Assembly (NCBI GenBank): GCA_963760795.1 | Contig: CAVXEP010000001.1 | Coordinates: 160,001 to 224,000 of the forward strand | Source of the DNA: an uncultured delta proteobacterium | GTDB lineage: Bacteria; Desulfobacterota; Binatia; UBA9968 | DNA length: 64,000 nucleotides | Direction: 5' to 3' | In this document: positions 9,535 through 20,078 of the stretch, piece after piece | Layout of the letters: each line of letters starts with the position of its first letter | Position numbering within the stretch: the stretch's first letter is position 1 | Notes under the pieces: model-generated | Database searches by the model: none | Seen by the model: only the letters and a program-made list of their open reading frames with translations | What the model was told of the DNA's origin: nothing | Made by a program: the position numbers and the translations under genes

Positions 9535-10658
9535 TGCGATTTATTGCTGGATGGCAAAAATATTGGCTGTTAGCCGTGTTCGTGCCCGTGTTCATGCTCG
9601 TCGGGAACACGCAATCACGGGCACAGGCTAAGGCCGGCGAAAAGGAATGGGCTGCCGTGATCGAGGCGGCGAAGAAGGAAGGCAAAGTCGTGGTCGCCGG
9701 CTCGCCCGATCCGGTGATGCGCAATGACATCATACCTAAATTCACCGCGCGCTTCGGTATTGCCGTGGAGTTTATCGCCGGCCGGTCGAGTCAGATCGTC
9801 TCCCGCGTCGAGACCGAGCGGGCTTCGGGCATCTTCAGCATCGATGTTTTTCTCGCCGGCCCGGACACCTCGGCGAACGAGCTTTATAACGATAAGATGA
9901 TCGACCCGCTCAAACCGTTGCTGGTCATGCCCGAGGTCGCCGAGGACTCGAAGTGGAAAACCGGTAAAGTTTGGTTTGTCGATCCGCAGGAGCAGTTTAT
10001 CGTCCGCGCGTTCAGCAGCGTCGCGACCTTGCTGTTCATCAACACCGAACATGTCAAAGCCGATGAGCTGCGCCAGATGAAAGATCTGCTCAATCCCAAA
10101 TGGCGCGGCAAGATTTCCACCGAGGATCCCACCACCACCGGCGCCGGCGCCAATAAGGCGGCGCGTTTCTATGTGCAGATTGGCGAAGAGTTCGTAAAAA
10201 ATCTCTATATCGATCAGAAGACCGTGCGCACCCGTGAGCGCCGCCAGATGACCGACTGGCTGGCGCGCGGCACCCAGCCGATCTGTCTCGACTGCCGGGA
10301 AGACGATGTCCGGCCGCTGGTCAAAGACGGTTTCAAGGTTCTCGAAATATTCGAGATCGCCGGTGCCGGGCCAACGATCAATGGCTCGCCCTGGATGCTT
10401 TCTCTGGCCAACAAGGCGCCGCACCCGAAGGCGGGGCAGCTGTTTGCCAACTGGATACTCTCCAAAGAAGGTTTGGAAACCTATGCCAAGGGTTATGGAT
10501 CGGCGACGCTGCGCACCGATGTCGACGAATCTTTTCTCAACCCCGGCAATATACCCAAGAAGGGTGTGAAATATTTCGACGATACCGATTGGAAGTGGAT
10601 CGTCGGCGGCCGGCATGAGAATCGCGATAAAGTTTGGAAACTCCTAAAGACGCGCTAG
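9534..10658 (+). CDS. ABC extracellular solute-binding protein (FbpA/AfuA-like)
   Basis: Signal peptide; AAKKEGKVVV, DLLNPKWRGKI, APHPKAGQLFANWILSKEG. Confidence 0.9.
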   Translation: MRFIAGWQKYWLLAVFVPVFMLVGNTQSRAQAKAGEKEWAAVIEAAKKEGKVVVAGSPDPVMRNDIIPKFTARFGIAVEFIAGRSSQIVSRVETERASGIFSIDVFLAGPDTSANELYNDKMIDPLKPLLVMPEVAEDSKWKTGKVWFVDPQEQFIVRAFSSVATLLFINTEHVKADELRQMKDLLNPKWRGKISTEDPTTTGAGANKAARFYVQIGEEFVKNLYIDQKTVRTRERRQMTDWLARGTQPICLDCREDDVRPLVKDGFKVLEIFEIAGAGPTINGSPWMLSLANKAPHPKAGQLFANWILSKEGLETYAKGYGSATLRTDVDESFLNPGNIPKKGVKYFDDTDWKWIVGGRHENRDKVWKLLKTR

Positions 10659-10762
10659 GCGCGCCGTTCCAATCGTTCCAGTTGTTCCAAAGGTTCCAGG
10701 AGTTAAGAAAAACTCGATACGGCTTAAACTAAGTTCACTGAAAGAAGAAAGGTAGAAACATC

Positions 10763-11695
10763 ATGGCAAAGAAGATCAAAGTTTATTATCGCGCGCCGAG
10801 TCATGTGCCGTTGTGGAAAGTGATGGAGGAGTGCGGTTTTTTGAGCAAGCATGGCTTGGATATGGAGATGGGATCGCTGGAAGGACAACGCCAGCGCGCC
10901 GCCGACGGCCTGAAGGCCGGCGATCTCGACGTGGTTTCGGGCAATCACCATAACCTGTACGCGCGCAAGGCGCTCCACGGCGATCCTTACGTGCATATCG
11001 CCCAGAGCAACAACTCCTGGCGCGAAAACTTCCTGGTCTGCGGCAAGGGCGTCAACGGCCTGCAAGATCTCAAAGGCAAGAAAGTCGTGATGGACGACTT
11101 CGACGGCCACACCGGGCTCAACGTATGGTTGTATCTACGCCAGCATGGTTTGGAAGAGGGACGCGATGTTGAATTGGTCGAGAACGGCAAGAAGGGCGCC
11201 GAGCGGGCGCGGGACGTCATGGAAGGCAAGTACGACGCCAGCTTCATCCGCGCCGTCGATCGACTGCGCGCGCTAAAATTCGGCGCCAAGATCATCGAGC
11301 TGCCGTCGATGGCGATGATCGAAGGCGTGACCCTGACGACTACCACCACCTATGTGCAAAAACACGAGGAGGAAGCCCGTTCGTTGATCATGGCGCTGGT
11401 CGACGGCATCCACTTTTACAAGACCCAAAAAGCCGACACTTTGAAGATCCTGCAAAAACACTGCTCGGAGCTTCTCAAGATGCATGGCGACGAGGAATGG
11501 AATTGCTTCTACGAAAACCAATCCGAGTCGCTGGAAAGCGCGCCCTACCCATCCATCGAAGCGATTCAAAACGTCTTCGCCCTGGGCGTCAAGCGCAATC
11601 CCGAGATCAAGGAGTTCAATCCGCTGGCGCTGTGGGATCTCCATTACGTGAAGGAGATCGACGACAGCGGTTATATTCGTAAGCTCTACAGCTGA
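10763..11695 (+). CDS. NMT1/THI5/SsuA-fold protein without signal peptide
   Basis: GFLSKHGLDMEM, DLKGKKV, GLEEGRDV, PYPSIEAI; no hydrophobic leader. Confidence 0.75.
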   Translation: MAKKIKVYYRAPSHVPLWKVMEECGFLSKHGLDMEMGSLEGQRQRAADGLKAGDLDVVSGNHHNLYARKALHGDPYVHIAQSNNSWRENFLVCGKGVNGLQDLKGKKVVMDDFDGHTGLNVWLYLRQHGLEEGRDVELVENGKKGAERARDVMEGKYDASFIRAVDRLRALKFGAKIIELPSMAMIEGVTLTTTTTYVQKHEEEARSLIMALVDGIHFYKTQKADTLKILQKHCSELLKMHGDEEWNCFYENQSESLESAPYPSIEAIQNVFALGVKRNPEIKEFNPLALWDLHYVKEIDDSGYIRKLYS

Positions 11696-11848
11696 CCGCG
11701 CCGATGCGAGGGACAGGCATCGACCCCTATGACGAAAAAGCCCGCCCAAAGAAATATTTGCTTGGCGCCAGTGGCCAAGCCCGGTCTGGGTTCACTTGCC
11801 GTCGTCCGACGGGAGCAAGGATAAATTCGCTTCTCGCGAGGTGGTTAA

Positions 11849-13297
11849 ATGGAAGAGGTTCGCATCGTCGATACAACGTTACGCGACGGCGATATTAGCC
11901 TGTGGGCTTATGGCATGACGACCGGGATGATGCTGCCGGCGCTGCGCCATATGGACGAAGCGGGCTTCGATTCCATGGAGTTTTTCTTGAGCCTGCGCTT
12001 CAAGAAATTTGTCCGCGAGCATAAGGAAGACCCCTGGGACTGGCTGCGCCTGGGCACCCAAGAGATCAAGAAAACCCGGCTGCGCTATCACGGCGGCTTG
12101 CACAGCGGCTTTGAATTCATCCCCGAATGCATTCGCCGCCTGGTGATTTCCACCGTCGCCAAATACGGCATCGACCTGACGCGTACTTCCAACGCTTGGA
12201 ATAATTTCGAGCTGCTCGGCGAGGAAGCTATCGAGCTGAAAAAGCTCGGCATGGATACGGTGATGAATTTGATTTACGCGATCTCGCCGCGCCACACCGA
12301 TGATTATTACGCGCGCAAGGCGCGCGACGCCGCGGCGTTGAAACCGTACCGGATCTGTTTCAAGGATGTCGGCGGCATGTTGACGCCCGAGCGCACGCGC
12401 ACATTGGTGCGGCTGATCAAGCAAAATATCGGCGCGACCCCGCTCGAGTTTCACGCCCATTGCAACAACGGCTTGGCGCCGTTTAACTTGCTCGAAGCGG
12501 TCAAGGAAGGCGTGCGCATCGTCCATACGGCGATTCCACCGCTGGCCAACGGCTCTTCCCAGCCGTCGATATTTAACGTCGTCGCCAACCTGCGTGCCTT
12601 GGGTTACCAGCCATCGGTCAATACCGCGGCGTTGCCGCCGGTGCGCGAGCATTTCTCGCGCATCGCCGCGGCGGAAAATCTTCCCACTGGCGCGCCGCGG
12701 GAGTACGATCAAGCCTGGTACGGCCATCAGGTGCCGGGCGGCATGATTTCCAACCTGCGCCATCAGTTGAAGCTCATGGGAAAAGAGGAGAAACTTGCCG
12801 CGGTGCTCGACGAGATCGCTCAAGTGCGCGCCGAATTGGGTTACCCGATCATGGTCACCCCCTTCGCGCAGTTTGTCGGCAGCCAGGCGGCGATCAATGT
12901 GATCGTTGGCGAGCGCTACAAAGAAGCGACCGATCCGGTTATTCAATACGCGCTCGGCCAGTGGGGCAAGGAGGGTGCCGACTATATGGACCCGGTCGTG
13001 AAAGGGAAGATTCTCGACCGTCCGCGCGCCCGGGAAATCGCCAAGATGGCACATCCCGAGCCGAGTCTGGCTGAAGTGCGCAAACAATATGGCGGCGCCC
13101 ACTTGTCCGATGAAGAATTGCTGTTGCGCTACTACGCCGGTCCCGAGTTCGTCGATGCGTTAAAAAATGCGCCGCCGCGTAGGTTGTATTTGAATGCGCG
13201 CAAACCTTTGTTGCGTCTGATCGAGGAGCTCGGCAAGAAGAAGCTTGCCCATGTGTATATTCGCAAGGGCGATTTTTCACTGACCATGCAGAGTTAA
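11849..13297 (+). CDS. Pyruvate carboxylase subunit B/oxaloacetate decarboxylase alpha-like carboxyltransferase
   Basis: DTTLRDG, KDVGG, HAHCN, HQVPGGMISNL, ELGYPIMVTPF; no biotinyl domain. Confidence 0.88.
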   Translation: MEEVRIVDTTLRDGDISLWAYGMTTGMMLPALRHMDEAGFDSMEFFLSLRFKKFVREHKEDPWDWLRLGTQEIKKTRLRYHGGLHSGFEFIPECIRRLVISTVAKYGIDLTRTSNAWNNFELLGEEAIELKKLGMDTVMNLIYAISPRHTDDYYARKARDAAALKPYRICFKDVGGMLTPERTRTLVRLIKQNIGATPLEFHAHCNNGLAPFNLLEAVKEGVRIVHTAIPPLANGSSQPSIFNVVANLRALGYQPSVNTAALPPVREHFSRIAAAENLPTGAPREYDQAWYGHQVPGGMISNLRHQLKLMGKEEKLAAVLDEIAQVRAELGYPIMVTPFAQFVGSQAAINVIVGERYKEATDPVIQYALGQWGKEGADYMDPVVKGKILDRPRAREIAKMAHPEPSLAEVRKQYGGAHLSDEELLLRYYAGPEFVDALKNAPPRRLYLNARKPLLRLIEELGKKKLAHVYIRKGDFSLTMQS

Positions 13298-13354
13298 GCG
13301 CGGAGTTAAGAGGTATATGGGTGTGCCATGCGTTTTGCGAAAACGGAGGTTGTT

Positions 13355-14371
13355 ATGGCTGAGCAACAATTTATCGAACATTGGGGGCGGGAAGGATTCT
13401 CCGGCGATGGGGTGAACGTCGTGCGCCCGCATCATGTGCCTGACTTTGTTCAGGTCAGCGGGCCCCATGCGCCGCATCGCTTGAACATCGGCGCGGTGTC
13501 GTTGCCGGATCGAAGCGATCCGCACGCATTGCCGGTACCGATCTTCGTAAGCCGCACTGGAGCCCAGCTAAGTGTCTCCGCCAGGGAACGTGGGATGCCC
13601 TTTGTGATCTCCAATGTCGAAGCCGATGAAGTTCATTTCGTCCAGGAAGGTGAAGTCCGGTTCGCCACGGCCTATGGCAACATCACCGGTCTCCCGGGCG
13701 ATTTTGTTTTTATTCCGAGAGCGGTTCCCTACCGCATTGTGACGGAAAGCGGACCGACATTGTCGTTGATCATCGAAACTCCCGGAGCCGTGAGATTTGA
13801 CGCGGCGCCAAAGTTTTCTCCCCAGAGCGAAACCGCCAGCATCGAGAGTACCCCGGCGCAAGCCGTCGAAACGATCCTGTTGGTTAAGTCGTTCGACGGC
13901 ATCACGCGATATGTCAAGCCGGACAATCCGCTGGCGATGGTGTCCGTGAGCGGCGGCACCAATCCGGTGTGGAAAATCAATCTCAAAAATATTCCAACCA
14001 ACGAAGCGGGCCACCCGACCCAGTTTGCCGCGTCGCCGCACAACGATGAGTTGTTGTACACGCTGAGCGCGCGGCGCCGGCGCAGGCCGCCAATCCATTA
14101 CAATGCGGATTACGATGAAATGATTGTTTACTTCGCCGGCCCTGGCGCCTGGGGCGCGGTAAAGGATCCGGGAACTTTGACCTGGGTGCCCAAAGGGGTG
14201 GCACATCATGGTCCGACGGAGGATGTTGCGGAGGGGTACTATGCCTGGATGCTCGAGTCGCGGCCGACTCTGCGCCTCACCGAAGCGGGTGAGAAAGTCG
14301 CGCAACTGATGGAGACTGACCTCTACGGTCCACACCCCGTCGAGCCGAAGCCGAGGAGAATCGGATTCTAA
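13355..14371 (+). CDS. Homogentisate 1,2-dioxygenase-like cupin
   Basis: NVEADEVHFVQEG, GDFVFIPRAVPYR, PPIHYNADYDE, VPKGVAHHGP. Confidence 0.7.
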   Translation: MAEQQFIEHWGREGFSGDGVNVVRPHHVPDFVQVSGPHAPHRLNIGAVSLPDRSDPHALPVPIFVSRTGAQLSVSARERGMPFVISNVEADEVHFVQEGEVRFATAYGNITGLPGDFVFIPRAVPYRIVTESGPTLSLIIETPGAVRFDAAPKFSPQSETASIESTPAQAVETILLVKSFDGITRYVKPDNPLAMVSVSGGTNPVWKINLKNIPTNEAGHPTQFAASPHNDELLYTLSARRRRRPPIHYNADYDEMIVYFAGPGAWGAVKDPGTLTWVPKGVAHHGPTEDVAEGYYAWMLESRPTLRLTEAGEKVAQLMETDLYGPHPVEPKPRRIGF

Positions 14372-14706
14372 CAGCGAAGGACCATATCACGAGGCCGGGG
14401 CGAAAAATTATTCGCCCCGGCAACGTTCTTATCCCTGCCTGCGATGGACCTGGCAATTCGATCGATCACGGCGCCGTCGTGCCCGCCGTCGGCGGGAAGC
14501 GATAACCTCGGCTTGTATGCGCCTGCGCCACGGATCGGTGGCCAACCAGTAGGATTGGCGCCTGGCAGGGTTGGCGCTCAACCGCTATCGTCTTCCATGC
14601 TGCCGCAGTACGTTGATTTTTCAATTGAATACTGGTCCATTGCACTATCCCGTCATGGTTCGCAGTGGACCTTAGCTAATCGTCAACAAGAGAGAGGACC
14701 GCAAAG

Positions 14707-15162
14707 ATGAACAATCTAAAAATGTTGTCGCTAGGAGTGCTTGGGCTGACGGCCCTGGCGGGTTGCGCCACCGGCGGATCGGGGCAGGGCTGGTCGCTGT
14801 GTGGGAAACAAACCAAGATGCGAATCGTTGACCTGGATATTTCGCCGGATCCCATCAGTCAAGGGCAGCAGATTCGTAGTTGGCGCGTGGTCGTTCAGGC
14901 CGATACCGATGGTGAATGCGCCACCACCCTGCAGGTCCAAGAGCGCCCGGGGAACATCACAGTCGGCACCAAGCGGGTTTACTATTTCCGTCCTGGTTCG
15001 AACGAGGTCACGGTGCAACCGGATACTCGCTACCGCTTTAGCCAGGCGCGTCATTGTTTTGTCGTCATCGCCGATATCGAGGAAACCCCGCGCGCCATCG
15101 ATGCGACGGGCAACTTTTGCGCCCAGAGAGAGGGCAATAATTGGACGATGCGCGGTCGATAA
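14707..15162 (+). CDS. Hypothetical lipoprotein
   Basis: Lipobox LAGC; RBS GAGAGG; beta-rich with four further Cys. Confidence 0.7.
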   Translation: MNNLKMLSLGVLGLTALAGCATGGSGQGWSLCGKQTKMRIVDLDISPDPISQGQQIRSWRVVVQADTDGECATTLQVQERPGNITVGTKRVYYFRPGSNEVTVQPDTRYRFSQARHCFVVIADIEETPRAIDATGNFCAQREGNNWTMRGR

Positions 15163-15289
15163 ATTATTTCGGCCATCGGGCGATCACGTTTGGTGCCGGC
15201 GCGGGTGAACCGCCAGGCGACCGTTAACGGATAATAATTCGCTACCCGATGCTCGTGCCCACTGCCCGCGCGTTGTCAAACCTGTATCG

Positions 15290-16783
15290 TCACAACCCCG
15301 TCGTGGTCGCCGGCGGCCGGCGGTGATGGGTCGCCTGTTCGTAGGCGTAGGCGTACTTGATCAAGTTGCCGTCGTCGTAGGGACGGCCGATGAAGCATAG
15401 CCCCGCCGGTAAGTTATCCCGCGTGAAGCCCGCCGGCACCGTGATCGTCGGCACGTAGACCAAAAATGTATTCAGATGCGGCGCGCCTTTCTGATCGGTG
15501 AAAGGCGGCGCGATGCCGTCTTTGATCAAGGTCGGTTGATGTTCGACTGACTTGTAGACGATGGCGTCAAGTTTATGGTCGGCCATGACCTTCAAAAAGT
15601 TCGTCATCAGCTCGTCCTGGGCGCGCAGACTTTCGTAGTGCTTCGACGCGTCGGCGTTGCGTTTGAAGCGCTCCTGCGAACGCTTGACGACCTTGGCAAA
15701 CTCCGGGGACGCGATCGCTTCCTGCGGCGTTTTGAACGGCGGGTTGGCGCTGCGGCCATAATAGGCTTTAAACGACGCGTCGGTATCGCCGGGAGCGCCG
15801 GAGCGCTTGGCGAGTAACTCTTTGATCTTCGGAATCACGATGGGATCGACGATCTCGGCGCCGCCGGCTTTGAGCTCAGCGATAGATTTGTCGAACACTT
15901 CTTGGATCTTTCGGTAATCTTCCGAGTCCGGTTCGGAATTCAAGCCGATGGACTCGCGCAAGACGCCGAAGCGCGCGCCTTTGAGTCCGTTGGAATTTAA
16001 ATACTTGGTAAACGTATCGGGCGTGTTGCCGACGCCGCGGGCGGTGATCGGATCTTCCGCGTCGTAGCCGGCCATGGCGTCCAGCAGGAGCGCCAGGTCT
16101 TTGACCGTGCGCGCCATGGGGCCCAGGGAGCCGAACAGTTCGGGCCAGCAGCCGTAGACGCCGCTGCGGCTGACCAGGCCGGCGGACGGGCGCATGCCGG
16201 CGATGCAGTTCCAGGTCGACGGCCGGCGGATCGACGCCAAGCCCTCCTGACCGATGGCGAGGGTCGAATAATTTGCTGCCACCGCCGCGGCGGAGCCGCC
16301 GGAAGACCCGCCGACGGTGCGTTCGGTGTCGTAGGGATTGCGCGTCGAACCGAACAGCGAACCATGGGTGTCGCCGCCGCCGAGTTCGCCAAGGGTGGCT
16401 TTGCCGAGGAACACCGCGCCGGCTTTCCGCAATTTTTCCGCGACGAAAGAATCGCGGTCGGGATAGTAATCTTTGAACAATAGCGATCCCAAAGTTGTCG
16501 GCATGCCTTTGACATCGGCCTGGTCTTTGACGATCACCGGAATGCCGTGCAGCGGGCCCACCGGGCCGGCGGATTTGTAGGCCGTATCGAGCCGGTCGGC
16601 CTCGCTCAACGCATCGGCGTTGACGGTGATCATGGCGTTGAGGTTCGGCCCTTTCTTGTCGAAGGCATCGATACGGTCCAAGTAGGCCTGCACTACCTGG
16701 CGGCAGGTGAGTTGGCCGGATTTGTAGGCGGCGTGGATGTCGTCGATGGTCGCTTCGACTGGATTAAAGTTGCTCTGGGCCAT
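15290..16783 (-). CDS. Amidase signature family protein
   Basis: GPLHGIPVIVKD, GGSSGGSAAAVA, SIRRPS. Confidence 0.93.
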   Translation of the reverse strand: MAQSNFNPVEATIDDIHAAYKSGQLTCRQVVQAYLDRIDAFDKKGPNLNAMITVNADALSEADRLDTAYKSAGPVGPLHGIPVIVKDQADVKGMPTTLGSLLFKDYYPDRDSFVAEKLRKAGAVFLGKATLGELGGGDTHGSLFGSTRNPYDTERTVGGSSGGSAAAVAANYSTLAIGQEGLASIRRPSTWNCIAGMRPSAGLVSRSGVYGCWPELFGSLGPMARTVKDLALLLDAMAGYDAEDPITARGVGNTPDTFTKYLNSNGLKGARFGVLRESIGLNSEPDSEDYRKIQEVFDKSIAELKAGGAEIVDPIVIPKIKELLAKRSGAPGDTDASFKAYYGRSANPPFKTPQEAIASPEFAKVVKRSQERFKRNADASKHYESLRAQDELMTNFLKVMADHKLDAIVYKSVEHQPTLIKDGIAPPFTDQKGAPHLNTFLVYVPTITVPAGFTRDNLPAGLCFIGRPYDDGNLIKYAYAYEQATHHRRPPATTTGL

Positions 16784-16999
16784 GATTGATCTCCTTGTTA
16801 CTGCCTTAGATATTGAAATGGCGCGGAAATGTCTAGAGACAAATTCATCAGGATTGGATGAATCTATGATAACCCGCCGTGGGTGCCCATGCTCAGGGTA
16901 GGCACGGGGGCCTAGCGCTACGTTCTACAGACTGCCATTGAAATAGCGCTGTGTTAATGATTATTGCAATCAAGGAATTTAGTGGAGGCTAATCAGCAG

Positions 17000-18175
17000 A
17001 TGTCAGCAATGTCCCAACGGGTCGCAGATTTCGGCACGACGATATTTGCCGACATTAACGCTCTGGCAGCTAAGCATGGCGCGGTCAATCTCGGCCAGGG
17101 CGCGCCGGATTTCGACGGGCCGCCGGAAGTATTGGCGGCGGCGGTGACGGCGGTTAAAAGCGCGCTCAATCAGTACGCTCCCGGCATTGGCATGGCGTCG
17201 GTGCGCCAGGCGATCGCCCAACACGCGCAGCGCTTTTACAACCAGCACCTGAATCCCGACACCGATGTGCTGGTGACTTCCGGCGCGACGGAGGCGATGT
17301 TTGCGGCGATTCTCGGTTTGACCGACCCCGGCGATGAGGTGATCGTCTTCGAGCCGGTCTATGACACCTATGTGCCCAACCTGGTCATGGCCGGCGTGAC
17401 GCCGCATTATGTCGCGCTGCGCGGCGAGCATTGGCGCTTCGATCCAGACGACCTGGCAAAGGCCTTTAACTCGCGGACCAAGGCGATCGTCATCAATACG
17501 CCGCATAATCCCACCGGTAAAGCCTTTTCGCGCGACGAGCTGCGGTCGATCGCCGAGCTGTGCCAAAAGCACAACGTGGTCGCCATCACCGATGAAGTTT
17601 ACGAACATATCGTTTACGACGACGCCAGCCATGTGCGTATGGCGACGCTTGCCGGTATGGCTGAGCGCACGCTGACGATCAGTAGCTTGGGCAAGACGTT
17701 CAGTGTTACCGGATGGAAAATCGGCTGGGCCATGGGACCGGCGGCGTTAGTGCAGGCGGTCAACCAGGCGCATCAGTTCATTACCTATGCGGTGGCCGCG
17801 CCGCTTCAAGCTGCTGCGGCGACAGCGCTCAATTTGCCGTTCGGATATTTTGAAAACTTGCAGTCGAGCTATCAAGCCCGGCGCGATCGAATGCTAAGGG
17901 TCTTGGGCAGCGCCGGTTTCACAGTCTTCAAGCCGCAGGGCAGCTACTTCGTCATGATCGACTGGCGCGGCGTGGCGCCGGGTCATGTGCAAGACGATAT
18001 GCAGTTCGCCCGCTGGCTGATTGAAGAGATCGGCGTCGCCTGTATCCCGGCGAGCCCATTCTACCAGGAATCGGATAAGCACCTGGGCAAATTTTTCGCC
18101 CGCTTCGCGGTGTGCAAGAAGGATGAGACCCTGGACGCCGCGGCGGAACGATTTGCCAAGCTCGGGAAAGTGTGA
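17000..18175 (+). CDS. PLP-dependent class I aminotransferase (YbdL/kynurenine aminotransferase-like)
   Basis: VNLGQGAPDF, NTPHNPTG, TDEVYEH, SLGKTFSVTGWKIGW. Confidence 0.92.
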   Translation: MSAMSQRVADFGTTIFADINALAAKHGAVNLGQGAPDFDGPPEVLAAAVTAVKSALNQYAPGIGMASVRQAIAQHAQRFYNQHLNPDTDVLVTSGATEAMFAAILGLTDPGDEVIVFEPVYDTYVPNLVMAGVTPHYVALRGEHWRFDPDDLAKAFNSRTKAIVINTPHNPTGKAFSRDELRSIAELCQKHNVVAITDEVYEHIVYDDASHVRMATLAGMAERTLTISSLGKTFSVTGWKIGWAMGPAALVQAVNQAHQFITYAVAAPLQAAAATALNLPFGYFENLQSSYQARRDRMLRVLGSAGFTVFKPQGSYFVMIDWRGVAPGHVQDDMQFARWLIEEIGVACIPASPFYQESDKHLGKFFARFAVCKKDETLDAAAERFAKLGKV

Positions 18176-18240
18176 GAATGCACATAGTCAACTTGGCAGC
18201 GAGAAATGGTTCTAGGCTTTAGCAACAGCGAGGTGAACGG

Positions 18241-18807
18241 ATGAAATTATTACGCACGGCGATACTGGCGATTGTAGTTTGCACGACGCTTCAGAGCCCA
18301 GTCGATTCTCAGGAGGCGATTCCTTATGTGCCCAGCACCATGCCGGTGGTGGCGAAGATGCTCGAACTCGCGTCGGTGACCAAGGATGACATCGTTTACG
18401 ACATGGGTTGCGGCGATGGGCGGATCTTGATTATGGCGGCGAAAAAATACGGCGCCCGCGGCGTCGGCGTCGATCTTGATCCGGTGCGTATCGCCGAAGC
18501 GAAGAAAAACGCCGAACAGGAGGGGGTCAGCCACATGGTCGAGTTTCGCGCCGAAGACGGCACCAAGACCGATATCTCCAAGGCGACGGTGGTGACGCTC
18601 TACATGTTCAAATGGTTCAACAACGCGATCAGTCCCAAGCTGCAAAAGTTGCGTCCGGGTTCGCGCGTGGTCGCCCATGACTTCGATATCGACGATTGGA
18701 AACCGACGTCGGTAGTAAATCTCGACGCCGAGAGAAACAACCATGAGGGTATCGAGCGGCCGCATACTCTCTATCTGTGGCTCGTCGGCGCCAGTGAAAA
18801 GACTTAG
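18241..18807 (+). CDS. SAM-dependent methyltransferase with N-terminal signal peptide
   Basis: IPYVPS, YDMGCGDGRI, ATVVTLYM, RVVAHDF. Confidence 0.88.
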   Translation: MKLLRTAILAIVVCTTLQSPVDSQEAIPYVPSTMPVVAKMLELASVTKDDIVYDMGCGDGRILIMAAKKYGARGVGVDLDPVRIAEAKKNAEQEGVSHMVEFRAEDGTKTDISKATVVTLYMFKWFNNAISPKLQKLRPGSRVVAHDFDIDDWKPTSVVNLDAERNNHEGIERPHTLYLWLVGASEKT

Positions 18808-18907
18808 TCGGCGCTGGCGCATCAGCAGAGAAGCCGAATCGGCTACTGATTCGATGTCAATCGGCTGCGCCCATACTAGTAAGAATATTTGCCGACCGGC
18901 CTAGCGA

Positions 18908-19936
18908 CTACGGATTTTTCCAGAAGATTTCCATGTACTGTTTGTTGACCTCGTCGAAGCGCGCCATCATCTTCGGATTGACCGGATGGAGGCGGTAGCC
19001 GGCGGTTCTTTTGCGCAAGTCCGACTCGACGTTGGGGTTGGCCGGGTAACTGCCGATGACATTGGCGGTCAGGCTCTGGCCTTCCGGCGATAGTAAAAAG
19101 TCGACGAATAGCTTGGCGGCGTTGGGATGGCGCGCGTGGGCGTAGATGCCGAGCAAGTGGGTCGAGGCGGGGATCGGATTTCTCCCCGGCACCCATTCGA
19201 TGGGCGCGCCGGCTTTCTGGATTTTCGCGAAGGTTTCCAGATAAGTATTAGCCAGCACCGGGAACTCACCCGCGGCCAGCAGTTGAGTCAGGAGATTTTT
19301 GTTCTCGCGCATGTAGAGGTCTTTGGCCGCGAGCTTTTTCATGAACGCCAGACCTTCGGCTTCGCCCATGATTTCCAACATCACCGCCATCCATGAACTG
19401 TCGCGGTAGTCCATGGCGATCTGCTTGGGCCGCCAGCGTGGATGCAGCAGGTCTTCATATTTTTTCGGCGCAATGTCCGGCGAAACTAATTTGGTATTGT
19501 AAGCCATGCCCTGGACGCCCAGGTGTAGGATGTTCCAGTAGCCATCGGAATCTTTTAGCGTCTCGGGGTATTTGGCGCGTTCGGGCGAATCGTATTTCAT
19601 GATCAGCTTGCCGCGGGTCAACTCATTCCAAATCGTGAACGTTGCGCTGATGACGTCGGCTTCATGCTGTTGCGTGCGCGCTTCTAATTGAATCTTGGGG
19701 AGAAGCTTCTGCGTGTTGGCGCGATAGAGCGAGGTGTCGATGAACGGATATTTCTTCTTAAACTCGGCGAGCAAGGCGGTGGCGTTTTCCGTCAGCATGC
19801 TGACGTAGGCGACCAGCTTGCCCTCTTTTCTCGCGGCTTCGACGAGCTTCGGGTCGGCCGCACCGACCGTATGGGTGCACGCCACTGGGAATGCCAAAAA
19901 TGCCAAAACCGCAAGTTGGCGTAGCAATATATTCAT
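18908..19936 (-). CDS. Extracellular solute-binding protein (FbpA/AfuA-like), orphan
   Basis: AARKEGKLVAY, YEDLLHPRW, ARHPNAAKLFVDFLLSPEGQ. Confidence 0.88.
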   Translation of the reverse strand: MNILLRQLAVLAFLAFPVACTHTVGAADPKLVEAARKEGKLVAYVSMLTENATALLAEFKKKYPFIDTSLYRANTQKLLPKIQLEARTQQHEADVISATFTIWNELTRGKLIMKYDSPERAKYPETLKDSDGYWNILHLGVQGMAYNTKLVSPDIAPKKYEDLLHPRWRPKQIAMDYRDSSWMAVMLEIMGEAEGLAFMKKLAAKDLYMRENKNLLTQLLAAGEFPVLANTYLETFAKIQKAGAPIEWVPGRNPIPASTHLLGIYAHARHPNAAKLFVDFLLSPEGQSLTANVIGSYPANPNVESDLRKRTAGYRLHPVNPKMMARFDEVNKQYMEIFWKNP

Positions 19937-20078
19937 GAGCATCCCTCGCGAGGACAATTTGTTCCGTGGCCGGGAAGGATCAAGCCGTTGGCCGACCCTG
20001 AGCGTTCATACCGCAATTCTTTAGCCGAAGGCGCGGAACTGTCAAGGCGAAAATTTAGTTTTCAACGACGGAACTGTT

